From Cercozoa sp. M6MM (Eukaryota > Protista > Endomyxa: Ascetosporea): a DNA stretch of 64,000 nt. Location: NCBI GenBank assembly GCA_040357565.1, contig JBDODJ010000001.1. The stretch is one strand, 5' to 3'. Of the stretch, positions 1 through 14,400 are shown one piece after another. The position numbers were made by a program, and so were the translations under genes. Numbering within the stretch: position 1 is the stretch's first letter; each line of letters opens with the position of its first letter. The notes below the pieces were generated by a model that saw nothing but the letters and a program-made list of their open reading frames with translations, had not been told where the DNA came from and searched no databases.

Positions 1-532
1 ACGACTCTTCTTCCGACGGTACTCCCCCGTACCAAAATATGCTGAAAAGTAACCTCACTTGTTCGAACAGAGGAAAGCATTTCGAAGCAGTCGGACTGCG
101 ACGCCGACAGCGATGGTGAGCTGTATGACCGACCCGATCTCACCATGGATAGTGACGACAGCGATAGCGACAACGACGAAGTTATATCGTCGCATCGCGA
201 TATGCTGATGCTCGTACTCTCTGCTTTTGTCGCAGTACTATTTCATTATTGTGACAATGCAGGAGGACTACTACGGCATGTCGACGCTGCACCGCAAGTT
301 TGCCGCACTCCGCCTGCACATGGCAGACGACTGCAAGTATGCGCTCGTGTGTGCCGAGCTTGTACCCTTGCCTACTTGCTTTTACGCACTGTGTGATATC
401 TGTATGCGTGTATATGTGTGGTGTTTACGTGTGTGGGTGTATATTTTCAGTGCCTGGCACCGCTCGCCAGTGACACAGCTGTCATGCAACGTGCGATAAT
501 TCCAGTGTCTCTCGCGCAGGTGCTTCCTTTCA

Positions 533-625
<93 letters not shown>

Positions 626-3600
626 GCACACACACACACACACATACGTACAAACACACACGCACGATGTTCACTGAATGTACCGCAGAGTGCTGTCCCG
701 GTACTGCTGCCAGTGATGGGTTACCTGCTGGACACGGTGACACATCAAGGCGGCAGTGGTATGCACTCGCTGTTTCAACAACGCGCGCACGATGCCGCTG
801 TGCTAAGACAACTGCGTGCACGCATTGAACACCTGCTGGCGCACCTGTCTGCCACTCCAGGTACGTCTTATCTTCTGAATGCACGTGACTGGGCTAATAT
901 AACTGAACGTAGAGGGCGCCAAGGTCATGTACACTAGCGTCATTGATCTGAGCGATCCCTCCAGCACGCCTGAGACACAACCTCACGCTGTTCTGTACTG
1001 CCAAGCTTTTCTGAGAATTTCTAACTGCTGGTACCTGACTTTTTAGCAGGTGCGGTCACAACAATTCGACCTGCGCCACGATTGACGCCTTGTATTTTGC
1101 CGCTGTTCTCTCGACACGCGCACTGAGTACGCGTTTTTTCTATGAGTTCTGTCGGTATTTACTATCGATGTGAACGTACGTATAGGCGGAGTGCACGCTG
1201 ACACGGCTTCGCAAAAGTCAATCGAAATTTTGCGCAAGACCGATGAAATCGTGGCGCGCCTGATGCACTACCTCAAGCTGCACTCCAAGGTACTTTGCGT
1301 TTGTGTGTTTCTTCAGTGTGTCCATGTGTATCCTGACAGAACCAAGAAACGCAAGCGCGTCTGCTGTGGATTTGCGGCGCCGTCCTGCGCAACTTCCCGT
1401 CTCTTGCGGATACCTCTGTCCGTGGTATCATATGCAAGCACCTACTGGTGTAGACCGACATGCATGTGTGTTAACTGCTGGACAGAATGGAGCCTGGGAG
1501 CGCTGTACGACACGCTCGGTAAGGTGTCCAAGAAGAGCGACGTTGCCACGAAGGGAGCTGCTCTTCGTGCGTGTGCGGCCATTCTGCTACGGTTCACCAG
1601 AACTATGCGTTCCATCCAACTGTATCAATACGCTGGGTGTATGTCACAGCTCGCCGCATTCGTTTTTCAACGCCGAGTTTGCTCCCTTTTTCGATAAGCG
1701 TGTGCTCAAGTACCTCTTGTGTCATAGTCATCTTGCACATACACACCAGTGCTGCGGTTAGACACCTGGGTGAGCCTAAGAAGCAGCGACACTGTCTGCA
1801 GATCGTTGTTGACGTACTGCGTGGTCCCAGGTATGTCTAGTACTGCTTTGTGTATGTGCGCACGTGTGGATCAACTGTGTAAACAGCATGCGGTCCGACG
1901 AGATTCGACAGCAGAGAGCTTTCCTGGCAGCCGTGCGACTCACTGAACAGGAAACGCCGCAACAGGTGTTCCCTCCGATGTTTCTCGGAAACGTTGCTTA
2001 TCCTGTGTGCCTGTATAGTTCCTAATGACGATTTTCCGTGCTGTCTTTGTCGAAAACTTCCGCAAGCTGTAGCGTTTGTTAAACACAGCTGTGTACGTGA
2101 GTGAACTGACAGAATGATGTCGCAGGTTCGACCGCGATCTTTGTCCGCCGGATTTGTCGCACGTGCGTGTGATGCCGTCTCGCCCGGAAACGCCGGAATC
2201 GGTGCACTTGGCTCGAGTTTTGTACTTGTGTTGGTGCGGTCCAAATGGATGGGGTGTTTCTGCAGGCAAGTCAAGTTAAGGTTGGCGGTTGCGAAGTTGT
2301 GCTGGAGGAGGTGTGTGCCGCCCTGTCGGGATCGCTGTTCCGCCAGTCTGGTGTGCTGTATACGTGGCATGCAGTCTGTGGGATGTGTGTGTACAATGTG
2401 GTATGTGTATGTGCATGCCGTGCAGAGGAGAACGAGGATAGTGGCGAGGATGCACAACTCGGCAGTGGCAGCATTGTGAGCGACCTACCGCTGGCACCGC
2501 TTCTGGTGGATATCCTGGGGTGCCTTCTGTCCTTCCTTCCTCTGTTTGGGGCTGTATTCTGTGCTACAGGTACACTGCCTCGCAACGGGCCGATGTGCTA
2601 GCGCACGCGCTGTTCGATCACCTGCCAGCCACACAGGTCTCTCTTTGTGCGCCGTACATGACAACTGCAAGTATTCTTTCGTTGTCTCTGCAGACATGCA
2701 TCCAGGCAGCCGAAGCTCTCACCAAGAAGGCGAAGAATGCTGTATGTCCTGCCTTCCTGAGGCACCAATTTAATCTTCAAGCCCGTGCGCTTTGTAGAAG
2801 GCACGGATGGAAGTGGACCGCGGGTCTGAGTACTGGTACCTCGCTCTTTTACCCCGTACAATGTACAAGTGTGCCAACCTGTGTTTGTAGTACGAGACTT
2901 GTGCTCTCGTTCATTCGCCGCTGTCTGTCGCCTGAATCACTGCTGCGCTCTGAGGTATGTTTCAGTCACATTCCACATATCATACATGTATGTACAACTG
3001 GGTGTACAACGTGCCTAGTTGACGGACACGCAGATGGAGCCCTTTGATTTGTACGTGCAGCGCATCGTGGAAACGTATCCCTGCTACTTACTTCTCTGTG
3101 TCTCAGAGGGATTACCTATGTGTCTATTAGTGTCACAATCGCGAGCACTCAACTGTACGCCGCCGCTGACCGTGTCAACGATGGTATACACCTCTACAGG
3201 ACAAACACACCAATATAGCACACTCTTTCGACAGAGAAAACTACCGACCCGACATTGGCGCAATTCCGAGAGATCTCGGCGCCGAGTGATTCGTACCTCT
3301 CTTCATTGCACACATGAAAAAAGACAGCCGTTAATACGCCTATGCAGCCGATTGCCGCTGCTGTTAAACAAAGTGAACGAACGGCAGGTCACTCGCTTCC
3401 GTGGCAGCAGCAGCGATGGCGTGGCAGGCGAGGTGTCCTCGGGTTGTTTCATTCTGGTATACACCGTGTCTATGCTTGTATGTGCAGTTGGACACGCAGC
3501 TGACACTTGAGACGGTTGACACCGAGGTGCGTGGGCTTCCTCTCTTATTCCTTTGCAGTGTATGTCGTGTGTGTGTATGCACAGACAAGCGAGTATCGGG

Positions 3601-6600
3601 CGAACTTCCGTCGCATCAATCGTTCCGCTGTGTCCACTGTACCCCTGCTGTGAATGTCAATGAATCCAGCCATGCACACTCCCGTAAGACAGGTTGCCTC
3701 GCGTCTTCTGACTGACGCCACCAAGACAGCGCTGCTGCTGGACCCGTGCATGCTGTCGGATGCGACGCAGATGTCCTTCGTCGGTCGTCTGCTGTGCCAC
3801 CGCGACGAGAGAGTACGTTCGCTGGGCAAGAATGCAAACCACCTTGTCTAAATACCCTACTGTAGGTGGCCCTGAGTGCACACTATGCCGTTCTTCGTGC
3901 ACTCGGTATCCAAGCTTGAGTCTGTGTGCCATGTTGATATAGACCGTGTGCATTCAGATGAGTCAAAGGCGACGAAATATGCCGAGACACTGAGCGCCTT
4001 TTTGACGCAGTTGTCTGCTTCTCACCTCGCCGTACCTTTCGCGTGCAATCTTGTTCCGTTCGGATAGGGGGGGCTTTTCTGTATGCTGCATAGGCTATCT
4101 TGAGCATCGCATCGCACTTGTTGGCTTTGTCGTACACATGTATCATTAAACTTTATAAAAGGGCGTCTTGTATACCTGTATTATCTGTATGTGTAACGAC
4201 AGACTCGAACAAGTACTTTGACGTGGCGGCGCTGATCTGGTACTGTTGTTTTTGTTGTATCAATAGGTAGCAAACTGTAGAAAATGTATGCAGCATGGCG
4301 CACGGCGATTTGCGGTGTCGTGCCGTTGGTTTCGGCCTCGCGAAGAACTGCGCCGCGCTGTTTCGGCAGCTGCAGCGGTACTCTGGTTCCTCAGACACCC
4401 TTTTTTGGTCCGGTGTTGATTCCTGTGCCACCAGAGACAAGGTTGGACACCGCGCGGTCAGATGCTACGGCCAGCTGAAGGCGCAGCTCTCCTACTCGGC
4501 ACCAAGCAGTACATTCTTTTTGTCCTGCCACTGTCCGTGTTTGGACTGATTGTAAAACGTTGGTTTGGCAGAAAAAGAAGCACTGGAGAAAGCAGCCATC
4601 AAGAGTGCGCAGTTGTCGTCCCGACTAGCGGCCTCGTTTGACGGCGATAGGTGTCTGGTTTTGCGATGATTAGCACTTGTGAGCGCATGTGGTACTATGT
4701 GACTTACCGCTCACGCAGCAATGATGCTCCACCGCCGCCTTACCTCTGCGTGCTCAAGGAGATAAGTTGTTCACTTGGTATCTCTGACATCATCCTGCCA
4801 GAAGAAGTTATGTGTATGCATGCATGTTTTGAGACAGGCACTTCAAATGACAGCAACGGCGAGGTTTGGCGCATCGCCGCGGACCTTTTGCTGGCGTCGC
4901 CGTACTCTATCTCTTTGTCTAGGCCTGGTGTTTTCAAGGAAGGGAAATGTCAATCACGCGTATGAGCAGTTGGAGCGACTCAGCGCTGCAGCATCAGAAC
5001 TCGTGGAACACGCTGTGTCAAGTCTGGGTGCGTTCTGCCACTACCCCAACTCTGAGAACTCTTAGAACATTACTGTTCGTGCGTGTGGCATAGACCTTTC
5101 TACTGGCCGTTTCCGATGTCGAAGTCACCGTATAGTCTCTCAACTGTCACCTTTGTCTATATCTACTTACCGTTTATGTGCACAGGACACTGAACACTTG
5201 GCTCGCATGCTGCACGACGCTTTTCGCTCCTGGGTTTGCGAGGTGAACCATCTGTTTATACTCTGTGGTTTGTTAACCATGCACACGTGATAGGAGTCCA
5301 AGAGCGAGTCGAAACTACTTCAGTTCCTTTTCGTGCTGCGTGCTGCCAGTTCCAAGCACTGTCCCTCCCTTGGTACTGCCTTTGTTCGAGAAGTTGTGTC
5401 CCTGTCTGTTTGAGCGTGCACATGTGCTTGCAGTGCTGCCAGCGTTAATGAAAGCACACGCGAAATTCGAGAACGAAACGATCCGCGACGTTGAACGCGA
5501 CTGTACGTTTGGCCACCGCTTTTCTAGGCTACGTGTATCATGTGAAGCGATGTGTGGGTAGTAACTATGACATTGGAGAAACTCCGTCGGCGCGCAGGTA
5601 CGTAGCGTCTCAGTCTGCGTATGTATGGGATTAGTACGTGTCTTGGTGGCAGGCTCGATGTTCTCGCGCACCCGACGCGACGAGTTCGACGGCGTCAATG
5701 TCGACACTGTCATGCTGCGGTACCACAAGTAGATTTGTGGACGATCCTTTTCTGCAGTCTTTCTTGTATGTTTGTTTCTAGGTACAAGGGCCAGTGGCAA
5801 CGTGCACTGCTGCGTTCACTGCGTTGTCTGGCCGGAGCGCCGCTGATTTACGCCATCTACCGTGGCAACACCGGCGTCAGTACCGATGACTCGGCCACTG
5901 GTGTCAGTGACAAGAGCGACAGCACATGCAACCGAGTCGTTCAATGGTGCTCAGTGCCCACGTATGTCGGTTGTGCATATGAATGCATACGTGTGTACAG
6001 GCTACTCCGCGTGTTAACTCAAGCGGCGAACTTTGCCGTGTCCGACAGCCTCGAAAGCGTGCCGATGTTCCGTCTGCACGAGGCCGACCTGTCGACCCTA
6101 ATGGCCATGTACTCTTGGCACGTGTTCACTTTAGGGCGTATATTTCATAAGGTGACGATGCGATCGCATAGGTCGAAGCAGTCGTCGCCGCGTGCTGCAC
6201 CGTCGGTAGCGATGTGTGACACGTGCTTTGGTGCCTTTGGTGCCGTCGAAACCGTGCTCGAGTCGGTGTTGTTCGCTGCGCGCCGTACCTTGGTACAGTC
6301 TGTCTCTGAGGGCACCTGTCTGTGTCTGTGTGCCCATGTATTTGTGTACCTATGCACAGGGCAAGAACACTCCGCAGATCCTGCACGATGCCTTTGGTGT
6401 GAGACGGTATGAGTTTCTGCTATCATTAATGAAGGAACGTCATACAGAACGATTCTCTGTATAGAGCGCAACTGGAGGAGCTGTTCCACTTGATCTTTGA
6501 TCAGTTGCAGCACACACGTGACACGGTACCTTTGTTGTCGCGCTCTATGTGTATCAGTGCATTTGCACGGATGTACATTGAGCAGAGCCAGTTGACGCTG

Positions 6601-9600
6601 CAGGCGCTGAAGTCCCCGATCGTCGCTGACGCTGCCTGGGCTGCTCTGGTACGTGTGTTTGCCCCCCCCCCCCGTCTCAACCTAAGTTGTTGTGGTCAGA
6701 GTGCGCTTCTGCGGTGTGACGCGGTATTCGCCTCGTTCGGCGAGGACTCGCTGGTGTTCAAGGCGCTGCTGCACCGACACTTGTCGGTGGACATGTCGGT
6801 ACCTCTCTCTGCACGCCATTGTATGTGTGCGTGTCGTCGAGTTACAAGAGTGTTTATCACAGGGACGTGCCTCGCCGCTAGATGCCCTGATGACGCACAG
6901 CGACCTACATGCGCCACTCACGTACGCTTGCGTTCTGTCATATCTTGGAGGTGTAGATTATGTATGTGCAGGAGGATTGTGCTGCGACACGCCGTGCGAC
7001 AGGCGGCGCGTGGACGAGCAGCCAGTGCGACGCGACTGCTGCTGGGAGCGCTCGAGAGTGCCACGTGCGCCGGCACTCGGGAGCACTCGTTGTTGGCCAT
7101 GGTACACTCGACACACGTGTGTACTGTTGTTGATCTTGTGCACTGCTGGTGTGGCTTGAGCACAGGCACTGCTGGCGCAGCACTACCCGGCCTATAGTCA
7201 CCGCGGCCGCGTTGTGCTGGCGGCACAGGCACGTCGCGTGCTTGACATGTTCGGCAAGGGGTACTACTCTTGACTTTGTATGTATCACTGCGCACCGCGT
7301 GTATTTACTCAGCGAGACGGTGCACGAGGTCTTTGTGCGACGGGTACCCTCTCTTGAGTGAGACATGTGTCTGCATGTATGTGTGCATGTGTGTGTGCAG
7401 GGCGAGTCGTTCGTGTCGCAGGTATCGGCACTCGTGGTGGAACTGGGTCACGTAGCCACCACGCCGAGCAGTGACGGTGTGATGATCGTTGATACCGATG
7501 GTGACGATCATGGTCGCTGCGCGTGCGACACGGTGCTGCTGGAAACGCTGGGCCGCGTGCAGAGCGAGCTGTGCGAAGTTCTCAGCGACGACGTCGTGGC
7601 TGCTGTACCCTTTCCCTCCTGTCGCTTGCGTACTCGGCTCAGTAGGGGGTGTGTCTGTGTTGTTGACTGGACAGCTGGCCCTACCGATGGCACGCGTGCA
7701 CGTGCGCGCACTGAATGGTCACAGTGGTCGCTCTGTGGGCGTGGCAGGTGTTACGTGGCAGCCGCTCTGGCGCACCGTGCTGCAACACGCGCCTCACGCC
7801 ACGCTGGTGGATTTAGTGACCTACCTGGCCACCGAGCCAGTCGGCATCAGTGAGGACGACACCGTCACTGATGGCAGTACCGGTGTCGAGAGTGACGGTG
7901 AGGCACGTGCACTGACACTGTACAGTGTGGTGTACTGCTTCCTGCACACGCACAAGGGCGCCACGCTGCTGCCGTCGCTGCTGCGCGAGGTGTCGTCGCA
8001 GCACGTGTGGTCCCTTTCGATGTCGCCGCTGCTGAGTGAAACGGTGTGCCACGTGGCCACGCACTACTCGGAGCATGTGCATCACGCCTTGCACTCGTGC
8101 TTTCACCTCTACTTTTCCTTTCCCTGCAGTGTGTTGTTTTCATGGATGTCTGACTGCTTGTGCAGAGAGGACGGTCTGTGCGACGACGTGTTGTGGCTGT
8201 ACGGCGCGTGCTTCGCCTCGCAGGACAACTGGTCGCCTCGCACGGCGTCGCTTCGACTGCGGACACTGGCGCATGTACTGGTACGTTCCCTCTCTGTATC
8301 CTTCCTTGTGCATGTGGAATGTGTGTGTGTGTGTGTGTGTGTGTGTCTGCAGGCCAGGTACAATGACACCGGCGGTGACGAGAACGACGAAGAGAGCGGC
8401 GCCGTGGCCGTGGCGACACAGCTGCGCCTGCTGCGACGACACCAGGACAGCGCCGCGCTGGTGCAGATACTGGAGGACGCCCTGCGGTGTATGTGTGCCC
8501 TTCCATATGTAAATGTTGAGGTGTACTGTCCATTTGTACCACAGGCAAGGACAACAAGGCCGTGCAGCGAATGAGTGCACTGCTATGCCGCATGCCACTG
8601 TCGGTGCGAGGTGCGTTTCCGTTCTCCTATGTTCACTATACTACAGTGTACGTGACTCCTGAGTGCAGAGGTGGCACGTGTCTGCATGTGTGTGAGTGAG
8701 GCGCTGCTGAGCGTCGGTAGCGGCGGTGATGACCACGTGATCGACGTGCTGACCACTCTGGTGACGGTGCACTGCCGGCGCGAGACGAGTCAGCTCGTGC
8801 TGTGGGCGGCTACGCTGCTGGCGCTGTTCCGACGCGACTGCGCGCTGCTACACGCGGCACTCGAGTGGTAATGTACCTCACATGGCCAGCTTGTACCTGA
8901 CAGCCAAGACCGTCTTTGTCCATATGGACCCCTCCTGACCTTGCTTAGTGATGCACCGCTGCACGAGACTCCTGACCTTGCTCTGTGTACTCCATACATG
9001 TCGGTCCATACGTACCCTACCTGAGTCTTTTTTTACAGGGCTGCTGGAGGCTGCTCTGGAAGCGCCGTCCGTTGCCTTCTGCGAGGCTATGGCCGACGTG
9101 AGTTGTCACTTTACCTCCCTTCCCTCCAGTGTACATCGAATGTGTCTGTGTGTGAAGGTGTGCGCGCACGCGCCGCACCAGCTGCTATTGCTGCACCTGC
9201 TCGTGGCCTTTGTACCCTCTTTTCTCATCCTCCTATCGGCGCATGTGTATGTATCGTATGTGACTGTCCCACCAGACGTGCGATCAGCGCGAGGGCGAGG
9301 TGCGCAGCTTCTTGGGACTCGGCGAGACGGCGCAGTCGAACTGCGACCTATACGCCAGCATGATGCAGGTGCTGTGTGAGCACATGGAGGTACATTGCCT
9401 TCGCTCATGTCCCCATGCTAGTCTACTATTCGTATGCACATGGACTTTCCCTAACCTCGCCTCGCAGGTAGTCGACTTTGCACTGCTGGTGGCCAACACA
9501 GACGATGCCGTTTTCGCAGCACTGCGGCGACTCTTGCTACGCACCGAGAAGAGTGAGTTGCGCAGCCCCTTAACTATACTGCAGAGTGGAAGAAGGATAT

Positions 9601-11036
9601 GTGAGCCTGTGTAGGCAAGGACGGTGCCGTGCAATACCTGCTGCACCGTCTGTGCAGTGCGCTGGGACACACGCGGGTTGAGGTGCAGCGACTCGTGTAC
9701 CGCGAGTGCGTGCGCACGCCGTGGTCGCACGTGCTTGCGACGGTGTGGCAACTTCCGCGTGTGGTCACTGTGGGAGACGACTTTGGTGCTGCCGACCTGC
9801 AGGCAGACGAGAGCACCGTCATCGATCAGTATCGGTAGGGGATTTTGGTCCCCTGCTGCCTTATGTCATGCTATGTTTCGTGCGATGTCATCGCGTCTGC
9901 AGGTCACACGTGATGCAACACGTGCGCGCATTGTTGCACAAGGTGGTTCACACCGGAACTGGCCTATCTGCCGACGGTGACACTGACGCTGCGCAAATCG
10001 CGCTGGACGCCAACATGTGCGTTGCTCTTTGTGTGTAGTGTCCTGTGCCTTTTGTCTTGCTTCAGTCCCTTCTACGCGTTGCATATGTTGTAGTGTGCTG
10101 AGACACAACGTATTCACGCCATCGCCGTGGTTTGACGAGTACGCCGCTCTCCTTAACTGTCTCTTGCCCTATAGGGTCTCCCGCTCACGTTTGTACACGT
10201 ATGGCAGTGATGAGGAGGACACGGTCGAAGAGGGCCGTCTTGAGACCATTCTCAACGACGAGCGTCTCTACCAGGTACATGGCTGGATTATAAGTGAGCG
10301 GATCGGACGTGTATGGACCTGTCCTGCATAGGCATTCCGGCGACACGTGTCGCTGTTCAAGCGCGACAATGAACTCGAATTCGTGCACGCCATCGGCGTC
10401 TTCCGCGAGGAGGTGCTGCACGCTTACACTAGTTGTATCTCACAAATTGGTACGATGTGTATGTACGTGTGTGGTGCGACAGATGTCGCAAGAAGATTCA
10501 GGATCCATGTCGTCTGCGCTGGGTACACTTTCTTCCAAAGGCGGGAGTTATATTTTTGACACATGACGCTGGACAGGAGTGGCCAGAGTGCGCAAGGCAG
10601 CGTTGCAGGTACATACACACTTTTGATACGACAGAAATGCAATTAATATTGCCTTCATTCTCGTGTTTTCGACAGGTGAGCGAGCGCTTCCTTCGTCCGG
10701 GTGCTGAGCAGCGCGTTGCAATCGATGATTCCGTTCTCCTGGTATACACGCGACAGTTCTTACTTAAATGTCCTTGTACACGTATGTTCCGTTGTGTGTT
10801 GTTGTGTTCTGCAAAGAGATTGACCGAGGACCTCACGGAACTTCAGGAAACCGACGATGAAAATGTATTCCGTTTACCGTTAGCAGTCATTGTACTGTCG
10901 TTAGCAGTCTTTTTTTCAACGCGTATTTGCCTCTGCGCAGGTGACACCCGCTTCGGTGCGTCGCCTGTTTGACCCGGCGGAAACGAGCACACGGCGCGTG
11001 CTGCTGCAGTTTTTGCCCGACTTTGTCGAGTACTAA
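1..11036 (+). CDS. Large multi-exon alpha-helical (HEAT/ARM-like) scaffold, Furry/MOR2-PAG1-like, with C-terminal RGS domain; 5'-partial
   Basis: Chain of Leu/Ala-rich exons separated by short GT-AG introns from position 1. Segments LLLDPCMLSDATQMSFVGRLLCHRDERVRSLG, HGDLRCRAVGFGLAKNCAALFRQL and DDHVIDVLTTLVTVHCRRETSQLVLWAATLLAL resemble Furry/Tao3 blocks by eye. The spliced 3' end gives LETILNDERLYQAFRRHVSLFKRDNELEFVHAIGVFREE...VSERFLRPGAEQRVAIDDSVLLRLTEDL...RRLFDPAETSTRRVLLQFLPDFVEY* (TAA 11034-11036), an RGS pattern. Treating it as a single gene is an inference. Confidence 0.55.
537..662. repeat. Intronic (CA)n microsatellite
   Basis: More than 80 bp of perfect CA repeat inside the intron GTGCTT...CCGCAG. 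Similar CA/TG tracts occur at about 30058-30105, 36094-36160 and 39863-39904. Confidence 0.95.
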
Positions 11037-11419
11037 TGATCATAATCGTTCGTTCCGTTTCCGTCCGTGCACGATCGCAAGGGCACCCCGACCCGACCGC
11101 ATGGCTTTGAAATGACGTGATATCTGGATGTCTTGAATCACTCTCGTATCGTACGATACCTACACTATGCTACCCGACCGTCGCGTAAACATCAAAGTCA
11201 GTCCGCACCGAGTCGAGTTTCGGTCGAGCCGAGAGTTTCGTTTACTGTATATGTATTTTGCCTTTGTACGCCGCACCGCGAACGAACTGACGTCGAAAGC
11301 GAGGCCGCTGCCGGCGGCGAACTGTTGTGCAAGTGTGGACTCGCTAATCCACAAGTCGATTGTAATTTACAGTACGTAAACTTGCATACAATTCGCATTT
11401 GGTTGGTTTCGTGCCGTCC

Positions 11420-14400
11420 TTATTCAGCAGGTCCAGAGGCCTGAGCGATCTCAGGTTCGTTTTCGTTTTCAGAATCTTCCTTCTCGCCGATGTCTTCGCT
11501 CACCGAGGGATCTGCTTGTTCGTCCGGCAATTCTCCACTCAGGCAAACGTCTACCCAGTCAGCGAGCTCAAGTGTAAGGTTGTAGTCTGCAGGTGCTTTC
11601 ATTATGTGATCCAGTCTCGACAGTAGAGCATCAGTGAGGCACTGCTGGCACGCTTCTTGCACATTGTAGAACGGTGTCGTCGAATCCAATGAATCGCTCT
11701 GAAAATAACACGCAAACACTGCAAAGAGCAAGGACTTCGACAGGTGGGTGGCATGACTCGCTGTCAATGCTGCCACGAGCAAGTGCATTTCAAGATTCTT
11801 GCTGTTTGCGAATTTGACGAGTGCTTGAGCATCTTGTTGGTTTGGCATCACGCATTCTGGCAGTGGGTTGTGTGAAACCACTGCTTGTAGCACCTTTATC
11901 GGATCTAGCGAGTATGGCAAGTGTTGTGCCGCGGCGGAGAGTCGTTGCATGTACATGTCTTCGGATGCGAGAATCGGGATCTAAATTATATAAAGAATCA
12001 ACTGTATCCTTTTACTGTACACACTAACACACGGTACAACATAGGACTCAACGAGGAAGTTCAAAATACAGCATCAATCAAGAAGCAAAACGGTGTCGAA
12101 TCGAACTTGATATTCGCCATCTTTGGCTGCTCGGCTGAAGCGCCTAACAATAGAAGTGCCGGTCGTGGGAGCACGCTCTCCACCGTTGCTCCTGACTGCT
12201 CAGGAAGTTGGTAGGCAAGTTTCATGATTGGAGGTCGCTCGGCGTTGCGCACGCACTTTTGCAGTGTCGCTTCAAACGAAGACAAAACTGTGTCGAGCTG
12301 ACGAATTTCAAAGTCGGACACGTGCTGTAAAGACTCTGTCGAAGCCGTTCGACACGCGACGATATCTGCCAACCACTGTCCAAGAGAAACATTCAACTCG
12401 TGCGTGCGAAACAACAAGAATACCTCACTCAACAATGCAGTGAGCACTTTGCTAGTATCCGTGAAGTGCTCTTTAAGCGCTTGAGCAATGTCTTGATATC
12501 CTTTGAGCACCAGCGTTTGAAACTCTGTTTCGGCGTTCGTTCGCAGAGTTTCCACAAATGAAGAAACCGCTGCCACGCTACTGGCGATTGCCTCGTTAAA
12601 CGATGTGGCTGCAAAGTTCGCGCAGAACGACTCGCCTTCCACACACGCCGGTCGTTTGAACTCTTCACCAGTTCGCATCGACAAAATCGCGTGCTTGAAG
12701 ACTCTAGCGAGGTCGCATACATACTGGTAGGTTTCCCTGATTGAAGCGATAGTAGTGTTGCGCGCTTGTTCGATTAGAGGAAGCAATATTTGACTGTTTT
12801 CGACCTCAGCAATGTCCTTCATTGCTTGATCTGCCATCTTCTCCACGGCGTTCCACGCTTCAGCACCGAAGTGGTCACTACAGCCAGAGTGAACATTCTT
12901 TCCACGGCGAAGAGACACGATTTACAAGAACACATTTACATCCGTTGGTTCCAGAACTCTTTCACTTCAATGCGACCCAAAACATCCCTAGGAACTCGTG
13001 TAACGTCGTCAGTCAGGTGCGACACCAGCATTTGTAAGGAATTGAGCGGTGGAATCAGATGAATTTGCGCCTTCGATGTTTCGTCATTGAGGAGTGCCAA
13101 GGATCGGTGTCGAAGTTCACCAAAGGAGTGCGAAAGCTCAACGTAATCGAAAGGAGAATGGTGCTCTGACACCAGTGTAGCGACGACATAGTCAAGAACA
13201 GGTTTGCTTGCTTCGGTGTCCACGATATTGACAATTTGTTTAACGATTTCGCGATCCGGCTGGCTTCCGTCAATCCTTGCCACATTTTCATCAGCACAAA
13301 GCGTGTCGCTTGTTGCATCAGCAGCCACTAGCTGCTGGATCCTGTCCAACAAGAGTGCTCGATGAGGGTTAACGATTTTTTCCGGCTTTTCCAGGCGCTC
13401 TGCTTCAGTCTCGGAGCTCTCATTGAACTTCTCTTTCAACTCAAGCCCTTCAAGTTCCTGAATATCACAAGGTGTCCCACACACACACACGCGCACGCAC
13501 ACACACACACAGATACTTACACACGTAGGTTCGCGTATGCACAATGTACCTTCTCACACAAAGGTCCTAACGACTGTAAGATATCAGCTTCGTCTGCAAG
13601 CACGACAAGAGTATGGGTGAACAGTCGTTTAAAAGCACTGCTGTCTTTCTCTCCAGGAAACACTTCTTCCGAGTCTGAGGTGCTCTGCTCTGGAGGAAAC
13701 CGAGCAGCAAAGCCAGTGTTGAGGTCTGTAAAGTCTTGAGTCGTGGCAGGGAACTCCCCAAATGTGCACACTAGACAGAACCCAGAGGCACCGCTGACTT
13801 CCGCTGCTTGCAGAGTCTGCGCTTCTGCGGACCTTCTCATTGCCGCAACAGCATCGAGAACGAGCTCAACTTTCGTCTCCGTTGAAACAGCTTCACTCTT
13901 TCTCAAATCACTCGCGAGCAACTGCAGTGCCTTTCGCGACTTCTTCAGCTTGCCTGTAGAAAGACCCGCGACTTCATTTCGAGCTGCTTCAAGCATGTCC
14001 TCTATTTTGAGAAGCTTTAAGCCGTACTTTGAGCATGCTAGCTCAGCGACATGCCGGGACCGTTGCGAATCCTTGCCGAAGAAGCACAGGCGGAGTTCGA
14101 AAGGATGCACTTTGCTTTTCAAGATCGGATCTTCTTGCGAGCTCACAAGCTCACAATCAAGTAGGATTTTTTTCAGCGCTGCTCCACACTTGCCGAACCG
14201 TTCTTGTGTTAATCCATCAATGGTTTTTAGAGCTTCGCCCTGGTTTGTTGCAGTGACTTGACCCGTTTGTGTCGGTGTGCTGTCTTTCTCTGACACTGTT
14301 GGACGCGACTTTTCACGATCTCGAATGAGACTTTGTCGCCACTCCTCAGCCCGCAAGACATCAATTTCTCTTTGTGCGATCAGACCTAAGTGCCAGACAA

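Noticed and set aside
382-884. ORF-track proteins with poly-HT, poly-CV, poly-LS or poly-ER runs (also near 31.7-32.1 kb and 46.8-47.4 kb)
   Set aside because: They are translations of intronic dinucleotide microsatellites and N gaps.
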